A stretch of 64,000 nt of DNA from assembly GCA_003971905.1 (NCBI GenBank), contig RSEE01000007.1:744001-808000 (forward strand), in the 5' to 3' direction. The notes under the pieces were generated by a model. That model was given only the letters and a program-made list of their open reading frames with translations. It did not search any database and was not told the origin of the DNA. A program made the position numbers and the translations under genes. Origin of the DNA: Moniliella sp. 'wahieum' (lineage: Eukaryota). Positions 12,688 through 26,516 of this stretch are shown piece by piece (the first letter of the stretch is position 1; each line of letters starts with the position of its first letter).

Positions 12688-14984
12688 TCAAATGTCCAGC
12701 ACGTTCTCCAGCCCCTGGTTCTGGGACAGACGCAGCATGGCCTGCAGCGTGTCCTCCAACGAGTGCGCCACCTCCTTGCCGTTGGCACGCACGTTGACCG
12801 CCTTGGTCTCCGCCTCGCGCGCACCGACGACCAGGATGAAGTTGTACTGTGCCTTTTCGGCATTGAAGATCTTCTTCTTGAGCGTGTTGTCGGTCACGTC
12901 GACATCGGCATAAAACTTGCCCTCGTCATGCAGCTTGTCGGCCACCTGCTGCGCATACGCATAGTTGTCCACTGACACGGGCACCACCATCACCTGCCGT
13001 GGCTGAGCCAGAAGGGCCACTTGCCCGCAAAGTGCTCGGTGAGGATCGCAATGAACCGCTCGAGCGAGCCAAGGATGGCACGGTGGATCATGACGGGCCG
13101 ATCAAAGTTGCCGCCGTCGAGGGTGCCTTGGCCCGGGAGCGCGCGGAACTTGAGGTCAAACCGGTTGGGCAGGTTAAAGTCGAGCTGGATCGTGGCGCAC
13201 TGGAACTCGCGGCCCATGGCATCCTTGATCTCAATGTCAATCTTGGGGCCGTAAAACGCGCCATCGCCCTCGTTCACCACCCACTGGTTCGGCACAAACT
13301 TGTCCAGCGCCGACTTGAGCCGTGCCTCAGCCGCGTCCCACACCGCCAGCTCCCCAATGTACTTCTTCTCGGGACGGGTCGACAGGCCGAGCTTGAACGA
13401 GAAGCCAAACTTGCCATAAATGTTCTCGAGGAAGGCAAAGCAGTTGGCCATTTCCTCTTCAATCTGGACGCCATGCAGAAAATGTGCGCGTCGTCTTGCA
13501 CAAAGCGCCGGACACGCGTCAGGCCACTCAACGCACCCGATGCCTCGTTCCGGTGGATCACACCAAACTCGGCCAGACGCAGGGGCAGTTCGCGGTACGA
13601 ACGGTCGCGATGCGCGTACACCAAGCAGTGACCCGGGCAGTTCATCGGCTTGAGCGCAAACGTCTCCTTCTCCACTGGCAGCGTAAACATATCGTCCTTG
13701 TAGTTGGCCCAGTGACCCGACGTCTCCCACAGCTTGGCGTTAAACATGTTGGGGTGCCAACCTCGGTGAAGCCGCGCTTTTGGTACTCCTGCTTCATCAG
13801 CGTCATCAGTTTCTCGTAGATCCGCGCTCCGTGCGGCAACCAGAACGCTGAGCCAGGCTCATGTCGTGGAAGAAGAAAAGCTCTTGCTCCTTGCCAATCT
13901 TGCGGTGGTCCCGCTTGGCTGCCTCTTCGAGCCATTTCTTGTACTCCTTCATGCGCGCATTGGGGGAACGAGATACCGTACAGCCGTTGGAGTGAGTCGT
14001 TGTTCTGGTCTCCGAGGAAGTACGACTGAGTTCTTCAGCACCGACAGAGCCTTGATGCGTCCCGTATGGGGGATGTGCGGCCGACACAGAGATCGATCAT
14101 GGGGCCGCACGGTAGACGGTGGTGGAAGTACCATCGGGGATTTTGTCCTTGATGATGTGCTGCTTGTACTTGTTGTACGCAAACATCTCCAGCAGTTTTT
14201 CCTTGGGCAGCACCACCCGCTCAAACGCCTGTTTCTCCTTGATTGCCTTGGTCGTCAGCTTCTCCAACGCGGGGAAGTCTTCCTGGCGGGTCACGCGGCC
14301 CGATTCGGCCGAGTCGCCCATGGCCATTTCATAGAAAAAGCCATCGTCGGTCGGAGGGCCAATGCAGAGGTGGCAGCCATACAGCAGTTCCGCCGCCTCA
14401 CCCAAAACGTGAGCAGACGAGTGCCAAAACACACGTTTTCCCTCTGGTGGTCAAAGTCGAGCAGCTCGAGCGACGCAGGCCCTTCAAACGGACGTTCCAA
14501 GTCCCACAGTTGCCCATCCACTTTGGCAATCACAATCTTCTCCGACAAGGACTTGGAGATTTGCTTGGCAATGTCCATTGGGCTAGTCTCCCATGCCGTA
14601 GCAACCCGGCTGCTCCCATCCGGAAGCGTCACGACAATCTCCTTGCGCGGGGGCAGCGACATACGCATCGCGCTCGGCCTTGGCCTTTTCAAAGAGCTCG
14701 ATGCGCTTGTCGAGGTACGAAGGGTGGACCGGTTGGGCCTGCGACGGGAAGCAGTGTGAGCAGGCAGGGAAGAAATGGAGCAGAGGAGAAACCAACGTAC
14801 CTCAGGCAGCGCCTCCTTGTCCTTCTTCTTGCCCTCCTTCTTGGGCTTGGGCGCCTTCTTGGCAGCGTCCGGGGCGGCAGGGGGTTGGATTGGGCAAGGC
14901 CGAGTTTGTCGCCAACATTCTTGGCCAGGTCGGACCTGGGCAGCCGCAGCTGGGGGGCCGAGGCGCGGGCTCAGGCGCAGACAT
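12688..14984 (-). CDS. THS1: Threonyl-tRNA synthetase (apparent frameshifts)
   Basis: TGS domain ([16 protein letters not shown]), [72 protein letters not shown]. Confidence 0.97.
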
Positions 14985-15409
14985 GGTGGTGGGGATGGGG
15001 ATGGAGGGTGGTGGGGATGGGCTACACCACAAGCAAAGCCAGGGCTGATGTCGTCGAGCCATTGGTTGTTCCTGCCGCTCTGAGTCACGCGGAAATTCCA
15101 TTCCGCCTGTTCCGCTGACAAGCCGGGGCCGAGGCAGCGTGCGGCACGTGACATGTGTTTCAGGGCCTGGTTATCAGTACCAGGGTGCAGTTACTAGTTA
15201 CAAAAGTTGGTCGTTGTGCCTGGTGGGGTTGGCGCCGCGGCTGGGTGCTTTCCTGTAGATGTCGCCCTCCTTCGCAAGACAACAAGAATGCATTGGGAGC
15301 GCATCGGCAGGATAACAAGATGGAAATGGTGTATGCAAGCAGATCGTGCAGCCAGTCGCTTTTCATCGACAGGCACAAACTGCGTGTGACCGCAGCGAAG
15401 CTTCGCGCT

Positions 15410-17555
15410 TCAAGCTCCTCCTCTTCGGGCGGGGAGTGGGTGGCAGGTACTGGGCCAGGGGCAGCACGGTGGCCCAGGCGCGTAGTGGTGGGCCGAGTCA
15501 AAGCGCCTCAAGCCGGTAGCGACAGCAACGGTGGCGGACGAAGGGGCGGGAGGCCAAGGCGCTTTGCCCCACTCGGTTCCGGCCAGTCCCGTGTCGAGGG
15601 CAACTGCGACGCCGATGCCCGTGACGCGTTCGGGTTCATGTCCCAGACTGGATAGTACGGCGGGGGCATCGGCGGTGGGCGAGTCGAGGATGGCCAGTTC
15701 CGGGGGCGAGAACCACCTGGGAAGAAGGTAGTACCGCACCGGGATTAAGAGGAGGATGATCACGGGGAACCCAAGTCCCGCCAGGGTTTGGGAGATGGCG
15801 ATGGTCATACCGAAAAAGGTCCATTGGATGGCGGTGAAGAGAAAAATCTTACGTCGCCGGACCCTCAACAGGGGTTGGAAGGATCGGCCATGGTGCGGTC
15901 TTGGACCAGGGCGAGAGCGCGTTGAACCAAATGGTTCTGCTCAATCGACCCCCATCCACCAGGAGAAAGACGCCGGCAAACACGGCGCGCGGCATGAGCC
16001 CAAGGCAAACGAGGAAAGGGCGTGTCATGGTGGCCAGTGTCAAGGCGCCAATGGCCAGGTGAGAAACTCGTTGCTCGACCACACGCACGTTGCGGATCTC
16101 CTGAGGGGCGGAACGGGGGCCGGCAGGGAGGGAGCCGACCACATCTTGTTCCATTTGGACGGTGCGAATGCGCTTTAGCTCGCATACGATGGTTCTTCGG
16201 TTGAGCAGCGCTCTGCCTGATTCAAAGTAGGGTGGTGGTGGTGGTGGGCCTGGTCCACCTGCGATAGATTGAGAGAGTCGGTATGTTCAGGCGCTTGGGG
16301 CACGAGTCCATTGGGAGCCGGAAGCCCGAAAAGCCAGAGACGAGCGTGGTGGCAGCGAGGACAGCCATGTCCCAATGGAAGCCTGCCGGCGTTCGAACGG
16401 GGAATTGACGCGCCTGAGCCATGATGGAGCTAACATTGTGTCAAAGTAGAAGAGAAGCATGACAAGAAAGCCAAAGGGGCAGCAACAAAGACCCACTTGA
16501 CATCAATGTGCCAGAAATCGACAAACCACCGCGGTCCATGGTGGGGAACCAAGAGCGAGTGATCGGCACCCGTTCCAACGGCACCTGTTTTAAAGATTCG
16601 TGCGGGAAATGCGAGAAGCCCGTCCAAAAAATGCAGCCGGCAGTAAAGGCGTAGGAGCCGATCCCCATTCGTACACGGAAGGGAAGAAAGGATGTTCTTC
16701 CTACCGCCGAGACAAGGTAGACGCTGACGGTGAACAAAATGGCAATCGTCACCGACAGCCACCGGTCGCATTGTCTCTGGGGCTCGGCTCGAATTCATTG
16801 ATCAGCAGCTCGATCCCCTTTTGAATGTAGACGACCCACATAAAAGCCAAAGGTCTGTGAGGTCATGTCGGTGATGAAACGGGTATAGTCCGACATGTTG
16901 AGCGCTGCTCCGGCAAACAAGAAGCCAGCGGCCCAGATGAGCATCCATGCCTGAAAGCGCAGGTAATGGAGGTGGTCAAACCCCCAATGGTGGACTGTGA
17001 CATTGTACATGTGTAATTGCACAGATTGATCAGCCCAGTCACACCCACAAAGGTCAGAGGCTGGCACCCAAAGATGGGGAAGACGATGGCGGCCAAAGCG
17101 CTGGCAAGGATAACTTCGTTCACACCGTACACGCCATGCGGTGGTTCATGTCGAGGACATACGCAATAGCCGGCATGAGACTGGGTGCCAAGTTAACCAT
17201 GCGAACGTGTACAGCCAATGCAGGAAAGACAACGTACTTGATAAAGTACATGCGCACATCGAGTCGAGAAGAGTGTACCAGTTGCGCGGCGCACAAGCGC
17301 TGGTCCAGTCGAGCGATAGAAGGCAGACGACGGCGCATATCGTAGTACATGCCTCGGAACGGAATTGGTACATCCAGGACCGTTGTGACCAGGGCAGATC
17401 GCCGGAAAAGATGGGGTAGCCTGGGTCGTGGGGAGGAGGGTGAAGACGCGGGGTGGCAGCGACGGAGGAGAGAGCTCCTCCTGGAGGCGGGAGCGAAGCT
17501 TGTCATTGTCCATGCTCCCCACATGGGGCGTCGCATCCACATCCGCGTCTGGCAT
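15410..17555 (-). CDS. BOR1: BOR1-like borate / HCO3- transporter family (SLC4-like)
   Basis: YGVNEVILASALAAIVF, QPLTFVGVTG, GFHWD, PNGLVPQAPEHT, VVEQRVSH, GFPVIILLLIPVR. Ends are approximate. Confidence 0.88.
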
Positions 17556-18185
17556 TTCTGCCCTGGCCCCCCTTGCGTCAGGAGGAGGAGGTGGTGTGGT
17601 GGGTGGCAGGGAGCCGGCGGGTGTTGAGTGTTGCTGCCAGAGGGAGAGCATATGGGAGAGCTGCGAGCGCGAGCAGCGGGAATCACGTGACGCTTACTAT
17701 GTGCTGCTATGGATACGAGCCAAGGGTTCCATCCCAGACCATCCTCTGGTGCCTCGATCGATGGGGAACGACATGTACTTTTTGGTTGACAGACAATCCT
17801 ACTGTCAACCCGTCCTACTGACTAGCGCCTTCCTCACCACCCCCCGCCGCGGTTCTCTCTGTCTGACACCATCCCACAACAACCTGTAGGACGACTACCA
17901 CATTCTGCTGGGGGGAGATGGCCTAGTGCCAACGCTGGCTTGGTTGCTGGACATGGAAATTGGATCGGTTGCTCATCAGTGCACCAGCACGCCCCGATGG
18001 GTTCCCTGGGAAACGCAAGGGGCAAGCAAGCGCCGGGCGGGCGTGTGGCGGGCAGATAGAGGGTACAAGAACAAACGCGCAGTGGTCGGGTCGCATGGGT
18101 TACAGGCTCACAGGCCAGAGCAAGCACACAAGAACGGCAAAGCAAGGCAGGATGCGAAGGCGGATAGGGAGCACGCAGTACGACT

Positions 18186-19722
18186 TCAGTACCGCTCTGC
18201 CCGGGCATAGTACGGCTCGCCGCGTGGAGGCGACCGTTCACGCTGGCGGTCGTATCCGCCCCAAGCCGGCGAGCCGGCGGGCACGGGCGGTCCCCAGGCC
18301 GGCGGCGCGGAGAGCGGAGGAGGAGCGCCCCAAGGGGAGCAAGCTCTGGATGTGCGCCCAGGGCCGGCGGGGTTCCATCGCGGCGTGCCATACCCGAGCG
18401 AAGTGAAGACCTGGGCCATGGTGGCAGCGTCAAATGGCATGGGGGGCGGAGGCGCGGCGGGCATGGGCGGAGCGGAATACTCGTCGCCGCCGTACCCGTC
18501 GAAGCCCGGGCGCCCCCCCATCCGCCTGCTCCCCTGGTGCGCCCCATGCAGGTCGCGGTGCGCCGCCATTGCGGCGCCCCCGCGGGCGCCACGCGGTGGC
18601 CCACGAAAGTTGTGTCCCATGTCAAACCCTCGTTTTTGGCCGAGGCACGTTTGATGTCCAACTGGGTTCACTAAAGTCAGCATGCCCGCACCCGAAAAAC
18701 GGAGCCACAAACAGTCGTCAGGAGAGAATGGAACGTACCAGCGAGCCTTGGTAGCTAGTGGCGCGTCGGCCAGGCAGCGATCCACGCTAGCATCGTCGGC
18801 GTAGGTGACAAAGGCGAATCCGCGTGGCCGGCCCGTCTCGTTGTCCATCATGACGGTCGAGTTGAGTACTTGGCCATAGCGTTCAAATAGTTTGCGGAAC
18901 GACTCTTGGGTCGCCGTTTGCGGCACTCCGCCTACAAAGCACTTTTGCGTGCGAGCTTGGTCCGGGCGCGGGATGGCACGTTTGGGATCGATCTGGGGCA
19001 AGGGCACAGTCCGTGGCAGTCAGTACTTGGGTCCGGTTCATTTGCACGCCGCACGCCGCAAAAAGCCTAGGGCCATGTCAGGGGGGAACCTACAATTTTT
19101 CCGTCGAGAAAATGTTCTCGGCCCATCACTTCGTTGACCGACGCTGGGTCTTCGAACGTGAGAAAGGCAAATCCACGCGACTTGCCCGTGCCGCCCTCGC
19201 GCATGATGACGCAGGACGACACGGGGCCAAACTGTTCAAAGTACTTGTGCAACGACTCGTCGGTCGTATCCCAGTTCAAGCCTCCAATAAACATCTTGCT
19301 GTCCACAACCAAACCAAAGCAAACAAGCAAGCAAACAAGCATGAGTCAGACCAGTCCGAACGATGCATTGGCACGTCGGTACGACGCCGAAGAGTACGAC
19401 AGCACGACCAGTGCACCTAGCTGTCTGCCCCTACCTGTCTGTCCCCCACGCTCAGGGCTGGGGTTGGGCGGGGGTGCAGGAGACAAGAGAAGACACAGAA
19501 AACAAACGCGGCTAGTTACACGACTAGTACTTACCCTTCATCGTAGTCGGACGCAAAGGCGGCTGCATTGCGCACCGCGCGTCGCTCGGGCCGAGGGCCC
19601 GCGGCGGGCGGGAGGGGGCGCGGGGCGCACTGGCAGGCGCAGACGTAGGCGCCGGGGGGGGCGGCGGACGCGAGGGATTCGGCGCGCTGTAGGGCGCCGT
19701 ACAGATCATCCTGGCTGTACAT
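18186..19722 (-). CDS. Two-RRM RNA-binding protein (Hrp1/Musashi/hnRNP A-like)
   Basis: RRM1 KMFIGGLNWDTTDESL...KSRGFAFLTF; linker IDPKRAIPR; RRM2 KCFVGGV...RPRGFAFVTY; Gly/Pro-rich tail; several introns. Confidence 0.9.
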
Positions 19723-19990
19723 CTCGATCGGTGGGGGGGGAGACGGTTAGACGCTGGTGGACCAGACGGTGGCGGTGTCTGGGCGCCAGAGCAGCTGAAG
19801 CAGGCAAACATAACATCCGCTGCCGCCTGCGCGCGGAACGCAGAAGCAGCGGGCGGAATACTCGTTTTTGTCTGGCAACGTTGCAAATTTTCATTACCAT
19901 CTAGCATCCTACAGCATCCGACGGTCTCCTACAGTCTCCTACAGTAGCTCCAATCAATCATTCGAATCATCGACGCATCGATTAGCGGCG

Positions 19991-21623
19991 CTACGGCCCC
20001 TTGAGGCTCGTCCGCCCCGCGCGGAGGATGGTGTCGGTGGCGAGGATCTGGGTGGCAATCACGCTTGCGCGTGCAGCAGGTTGCGTTTGACGCGGTAGTT
20101 GTCCCACACGCCCAGCGCCGCCATGTCCGCCGGCTCGCCCGTCGCCACGTCCAGGCCAATCGTCGGGGTCGCGAACAGGTCCTGCTCTTCCGCCGCGCCG
20201 CCTCGTCCTCGAGCGCGACGAGCGTGGCCAGTGCTCCAGCCCCGAGTGACCGCGAGCGTCTTGGGCGTGACCAGCAAGGCCTCGGCAAAGGCGGTGACGC
20301 CGAGCTTGGCCTTGCCCTTAGCCTTCTTGGTGGCCACGTGCCGAAGGTAGCGCGCCGCGCCCACCTCGAACGCGCCTCCGCCCGGGATGAGCGCCTTGTC
20401 CTCGATGCATTCTTGGTCGCACGCAGACCGTCGCGCAGGGCATCCTGGATTGCGGGTGGTGTGCGCGTTGGGGCACGAATCAGCAGGGTGACACTCTTGG
20501 GTGCACCACTTTTTCTACAACGTAAACTTCTCCTCGCCCAGCGTTTGCTCGTAGACCAGACCCGCGTAGCCCACAATTCTGGCTTCAAGTCATCCACCGA
20601 GTTCTGCGCCTCGCCGCCGCAAGCGAGCTGGAGACGTTCCATGTTGCGCCGCTTGGCGCGGCGGAGGGCGAGGATGCGTCCTTGGCGAGCATGTCGAGCG
20701 GAGCGCGGGTCAATGCCCTTTGGTTAAAGATGACAAAGTTCTTCTTGGGAGCCGACGGGTCCGCCTTGGCCGGCTCGTCGCACACGGCGCGCTTAAACTC
20801 AATAATCTTGCGTACCTTGGCATCCACAAACGCCGCTCGCTTTCCACCAGCTTCTCGCGCTGCTCGGCCGAGGAGTAAAAGAAGCCCGAGTTGACCTCGT
20901 CTTCTCGTACTCGAGACTGACATGAGCGTCAACACGTACGCGTTTTCCACCCGGCGCGGCATCGGCGTGACGCGACGCCATGGTCCAGAACCAGGCCGCG
21001 GGACCAACTGGGTGTCCGTCTCAGACTTGTGCACCATCTTGAGAATCTCAACCATGTGCAGATCAATCGGTTCGTTCTCCTGCTATTAATGGCCAACACC
21101 GCATCCACCACGTCGGCAGCGAGTTGCTTGGCCAACTTGCCACGCAGCTTGGTCCCCAACGACGTTTGTGCCACACTCACCAGCGTGGCCCGGTCCATCG
21201 TCGGCACCACCCGCACCTTTTCCAGGTACTCCAGTACTGCCGTCTTGGCTACGTCGTACCCTTCGCTCAGGACGCGGGGTGCAGCCGGTCGTCGGTCACG
21301 TACCGTTCCGCTTGCTTCAGCAGCTCGCCCACCCAAACACCACCGACGTCGTCCCGTCGCCGCACGTTCGTCCTGCGCCACCGCCGCCTTGGCGATCAGG
21401 CTGCAGTCGGGTTCTGGATCTGCATCTCGGTCAAGAGCACCTTGCCGTCCTTGGTCATCTTGAGGTTACCACTGCCATCCACCAGCAACTTGATCGTCCC
21501 GCGGGGGCCCAGGTTGGAGCGCACCACGTTCGCCAGCCCCACGGCACCGGCAATGTTGACCTGCAGCGCCTGCTCGCGGCGCACGGCCTCCGCACGGGGG
21601 TTGATCATCTCCAGCGCACTCAT
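19991..21623 (-). CDS. CCT6: T-complex protein 1 subunit zeta
   Basis: [75 protein letters not shown]-terminal [12 protein letters not shown]. Confidence 0.96.
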
Positions 21624-22029
21624 CTTGAACGGGTGCTTCCAGCGACAAGGGAGAGGAGCAAGAGCTAGGGCAGGAAGCGGCGATGGAGGGGTGGCGCACC
21701 AAAAGAAGACAACGCGTCCCACGCTCGGCGGGCCTCGCGGGAGGGGGCGCGCGGAATGCTAGCGGGAAGAAAGCGGTCGAAGCGCAGCGCAGCGCCAGTC
21801 TGGTCCTGCCCTCTGTCAAACTTTCATTTCCATGGCCCCGCCACCTCCTTGCGACGTATTTATTACCCTCTCGAAGCAGTCAGTAGTCCGCCTGGCGAGC
21901 AGCGCCACATCTTCCTGCCGAGTGGCCATCGCATCTGCACTAATAAGAGCAACACTATACACCAGGCCACCTCCACACACACATCCTAGCAGAACCACAT
22001 CCTCATCATCACAATAGGGCAACGACAGG

Positions 22030-22902
22030 TTAGTTGCCCCCGAGGCGCTGGATGGTCTGGTCGCGCTTTTGCTGAAGAGCTTCTAGCTTGGTCGCCTTGT
22101 CGGCATCGTACGCGACATGGAGCTGGTTGAATGGGTTCTCGGAGGATTTCTGCGCACGCACCATCGTCAGTCCCACTCCTCCTCACTGCAGGAACCCCCC
22201 CCCCCTCCCCAAAAAATCAAAAGAGCAAAGAAACGATACATACGATGAACTGCTTGTAGAGAATGTCGTCAATCTGAGTCTTGCGCAAGCCGGGGTTTTC
22301 CTTGCGTGCGTTCTGGTACTCGCGCTCCTTGTACGCCTCGAGCGCAGCTTTGAACCGTCGCTGGGTGGGCATCCACCATGGCCGCCTTGGACCCCATTGC
22401 CGCCTTATCTCCCGTCTTTTCATTCACCACATCCAGCGCGTCCAGCGCATCGTCAATGTTGGCCGCGGAGAGCTGGGTGATCATATCGTCAATCCCAGTT
22501 CCCTTGGCAGGCGCCTTGGCAGACGCGCCAGCCTGACCCTTCTTCTTGCCGCCTGCTTTGGGGTTGGCCTTGACGTGGGAGGGCAAGGAAGCTTCTTCCT
22601 CGGCCAACAGACGCTCCCGTTCGGCCTTTTTCCGCGCCGCTTCCGCCGCCTTTTCCGCTTTGCTCTCCCCGGCACTTTTGCCCTTCTTGGCGCCTTGCTC
22701 CCACTTGGCGCCTCGGCCGCTTCGGCCTGCGCTGCCGCCGCCGCCTGCTTCTTGTCGGATTGCTCTTGCTTGCGCGCTCGGCCCGCGGCGGCTTTGGAGT
22801 TGGCTAAGGTAGGGGGAGGGGGGGGGTCAGTGGGCGTCGCCGGGTCCCGCGTGCGTGGAGGATGACCGAGGAGGGAAGACGAAAACGTACTCTTGGTGCC
22901 AT
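22030..22902 (-). CDS. CCDC124 / DUF1014 family protein
   Basis: NSKAAAGRARK, LSAANIDDALDAL, RRFKAALEAYKERE..KENPGLR, and ENPFNQ after an intron. Confidence 0.88.
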
Positions 22903-23238
22903 CGTGCAACGGTTACCGGGTCTGTGGGTACGAGTGCAATCCGCAAGGGGTGGTGGAGGGGGAGGGGGATGGAGAGGAAGGGCAAGCGAGCGCATCTGAC
23001 CTCTGACATCAGATCTCTGATTCGATCATTTAATTTCAGGGCCTACTTGCAGTGCGCACTTGCTAGTTACTCGTCGCCCTGTCCGAGCGGCGGGGGGCCA
23101 ACTGGCGGAATTGGCGCTGGGGGCGGAACAGCGGAGGATTTTTAGGCTGGCAAGCGAGCGCGGCAAGCGCTGCGCCAGGAACCCACTCGGCCTGCCTGCT
23201 CTCCTCCCGAGTCACACCTCGGACCGGACCCACCACCG

Positions 23239-25632
23239 ATGCAAGCCAAGGGAAAGCCAGGCAAGTCGGTGTCCAAGCCCAAGGCGGGTGCCAAGGGCGC
23301 CAACGCCAAGTCCAAGCCTGCCCGGAAGAAGGAAGGGGAGGAGGAGGAGGCGCTGGTGGCCGTCGTGTTGGCCGACTCGTTCAATGGGCGCATGCTGCCC
23401 TTGACGGCCGAGCGGCCGCGGGCGTTGGTGCCGCTGGTCGGGGTGCCGCTGCTGGACTGGACGTTGGAAGCGTTATCGATGGCCCAGGTGGAGCATACCT
23501 TTATCCTTGTCCGTTCGTTTCCGGACCAAATCAAAGCGCATGTCGCTGGTCGCAAGGGAATCACCGTCGTGCCCATCCCGAGCGCGATGAGCGTCGGCGC
23601 GACGCAATGCGCGAGCTGGACAATGCCAAGCTGATCAAGACGGATTTCCTGCTGGTGCATGCGGATGGGGTGGGCAACTTGGATTTGGAAGAGGTGGTGC
23701 GGATCCACAAGGAACGACGCAAGGCCGATAAAGATGCGATCTTGACGCTGTGCACGATGGGTGCCAGCGGCGACAGTACGCGGCGACCGGCCGGCGACCG
23801 GAGTTTGATGGTCATCAATCCGCTCACGCACGAGCTGGTGCACTGAGTCCATCCCGGCCGTGCCGCACAAACGAGCATGGTGCTCCCTGTGCGGCTGTTT
23901 GATGCGGACGAGGGCACGGCGGATGTGGAAGTGCGCAACGATCTGGTGGATTGCGGGGTGGACGTGTGCAGTGTGGATGTGCCGCCGTTGTTTACGGAAA
24001 ACTTTGACTACCAACAACTGCGTCGCGACTTTGTCCCGGGCATCCTCACGTCGGAAATTTTGACCGCCAAGATTTTCTTGCACGTTGCCCCGGCGCGCGT
24101 TGGGCACGGCCGCGCCCAGCGCGCTCCTGCCCCGTGCGCCTGTGGCGTGGGACACGCGCATCGGACGCGGATGGGGGTACCACATGCGCGTACGGGATAC
24201 CAAGACGTACGATGTGGTGGCCAAGGACATTGTCGGCAAGTGGATCACGCCCCTCGGACCGGGCGGGTACTTGCCCGGCCACGATGGCGGCTTCACCGCC
24301 TACCCGGCCGGGCGCGGTACCAAGCGCCGGGCGTGTACCTCAGTCTCTCGACCGACATTGGCAAGGCCACCGTCTTGGGCCGCGACGCACGGGTTGGCAA
24401 GCACACGTCCATTTCCCATTCCATCCTGGGGGACCATACCCAGGTGGGGAATCAGTGCCGCATTGCGCATTCCTATCTCTGGTCGGGCGTGGTGATCGGG
24501 GACAAGGTGGAGATGGACCATGTGATTCTGGGGGACAAGGTCGGGTGGGCACGGGGTACGGCTGGGCCGTGGGTGCGTGGTGGCAGATGGATGTGTGTGG
24601 GCGATGGCGTTCCTCCCGCCGTTTACGCGGGTGGGGCGGATTTCCTATGGCGCCTACCTCGGGCGCTCGAGCAAGGACGAGCCTGCTTCTGCCCAGCTCG
24701 GCACAGGGGGGCGTAGGCCACATTTGGCCCTCCCATACGGCCGACGATTCGGACGAGGAAGAGGAGAGAGAAGAAGATCCGATCGAAGCATGGACCAATG
24801 CGTCTTACTTGCAAATCGGACGCGAGAGTCCGAGCCCAGCGGACGACGAGGATGTATCGTCGATTGATGGCGACAGCGAGCTGGCATCTTCGTCCGACGA
24901 GGAGAGTGATACATCGGACTCGCCTACGGAGGAGGACAAGGCGGCTCTGACGGTGACCGAGGGCCAAGCGACGCGGCCGAGGCCCAAGCCGAGGTGAACA
25001 AGATCAATGACTTTTACCAAGAGGCGCTGGCCTCGCTCCAACGCGCTGAAAGGAGGGCCACCGCAAGGAGAATGTGGCGATCGAACTGTCAACGTTACGG
25101 ATGGCATCAAATGTGGAGCAGCGCGAGTTGGTCGCCGTCGTTTACCTGGATCCTGCAGCAGGCCAAGCCCGACCTGCGTGAGCTGGGCAGTGTGCTGCAA
25201 AAGTGGGGCAGTCTGCTGGCCAAGATAGCAGAGGGCGAAGAGACGTTTGCGATCAGTGTAATGCAGTCCTACTGTGCCGTCACGCCGGGCTTCCGCCCGC
25301 TGTTCGGGCCGCTGCTGATGGGCTGCTACAACCTTGCGATCCCGGCGGAGGAAGGGGAGGAGGACGAGGACGAGGAGCAGGGCATCATTACCGAAGAAGG
25401 TCTGATGCAATGGTACAAGTCACGTGCCTCCAATGTGCCGGACGAGTCGGTGGAGCGGCTGCTGGCGCTGCCTGCACGACTCAAGGGCAGTGGGAACGAG
25501 ACGACCAAGGTGCCGGAAGAGGCGGTGTTGGAGCTGCGTGCAGGGGGGAGAGAGGTGTTGGAGTCGATTCTGGAGGAGTCGGATGAGGATTCGGACGAGT
25601 CGGAGGAGTCGAGGAGTCGGACTAATATATGA
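23239..25632 (+). CDS. GCD6: Translation initiation factor eIF2B epsilon subunit
   Basis: AVVLADSFNGRMLPLTAERPRALVPL..LLDWTLE, EVRNDLVDCGVDVCSVDVPPLFTENFDYQ, hexapeptide repeats, acidic linker, W2-like tail (IITEEGLMQW). Confidence 0.93.
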
Positions 25633-25735
25633 CGACACTAGCGGGTACGAGAAAAATGCGCATCTGGGATTTTGCTACAGCAGCGAAAGGGACTTTTAAG
25701 TAGGTGGGACACAGGACAGTGGTATCGTGGTTGGT

Positions 25736-26078
25736 TTACACCCTCGACCGTACCGGTTCGAGGCCCTCGATGGAGGTGACGCTGTTGCCACGGATGACCT
25801 GGAGAGATGGGTTAGAGGGACAGCGGCACGGCAGCAGCGCAGGCAAGCAGGACGTACAACCATGCCGCACGGCGCAGCATCGACCCAGGCATGCTGGTTG
25901 AGGCCGCCACCGCCGTTGGGAGCGGGCGGGTGGACCTGCTGGACGGCCTTGTCGATGACAGGTTGAGGAAGACGTCGTACCCACGCAGGGTGCCTGTGAC
26001 CTGGCGGTCGCCCTGGAGGGCAACGCGCACCTGCTTGTCGAGGTAGCGCTCTAGCTCGGGCTTTGCGACCTGCGCCAT
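25736..26078 (-). CDS. SMX2: Small nuclear ribonucleoprotein Sm G
   Basis: MAQVAKPELERYLDKQVRVALQGDRQVTGTLRGYDVFLNL...GMVV/IRGNSVTSIEGLE matches SmG Sm1/Sm2 motifs; one intron. Confidence 0.9.
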
Positions 26079-26405
26079 GGGGGGGATGGAGGCGGGGAGG
26101 CGTGGTGGTGGGGGCGGGCTCGAGGGCAAGCAGAATACAGCGGGCGGAATGAAGTAGCTGGGGGAGAGTTGATTCCGACCGAGGGGTCACGTGCCAGCGT
26201 GACATGTCACATGCATCGCGTGTCACATTTAGAATTTGAAATTGGAATGGAATGGACTGGCATGATGACGTCACATGCGTCACAGGAGCAGATCGGGGGG
26301 TAACGCTAACGTACGTTAACCCACACCTGAGTTTGTATTTCTGGCGGGGCCATCCATCGCTTGGCCATCGGAGGACGATCGTTGGCCAGAGCGAGTCCAC
26401 CGGTT

Positions 26406-26497
26406 GCCGTCGCTTGTCCGTCGATTGTCCGTCGCTTGTCCGTCGGCTGGCATCGCTTGTCCATCGATTGACTGCCCATCGATTGACTGCCCGTCGG
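26406..26497 (+). repeat. Degenerate minisatellite (11-bp CCGTCGCTTGT units, then 15-bp CCATCGATTGACTGC x2)
   Basis: Direct reading, in the SmG / 5-phosphatase divergent promoter region. Confidence 0.8.
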
Positions 26498-26516
26498 TTC
26501 GTTGCCATCAAGTGCA

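Noticed and set aside
14985..15062. Mitochondrial presequence on ThrRS from an upstream in-frame ATG
   Set aside because: The extension is Pro-rich and not clearly amphipathic, and the local frame is unreliable.
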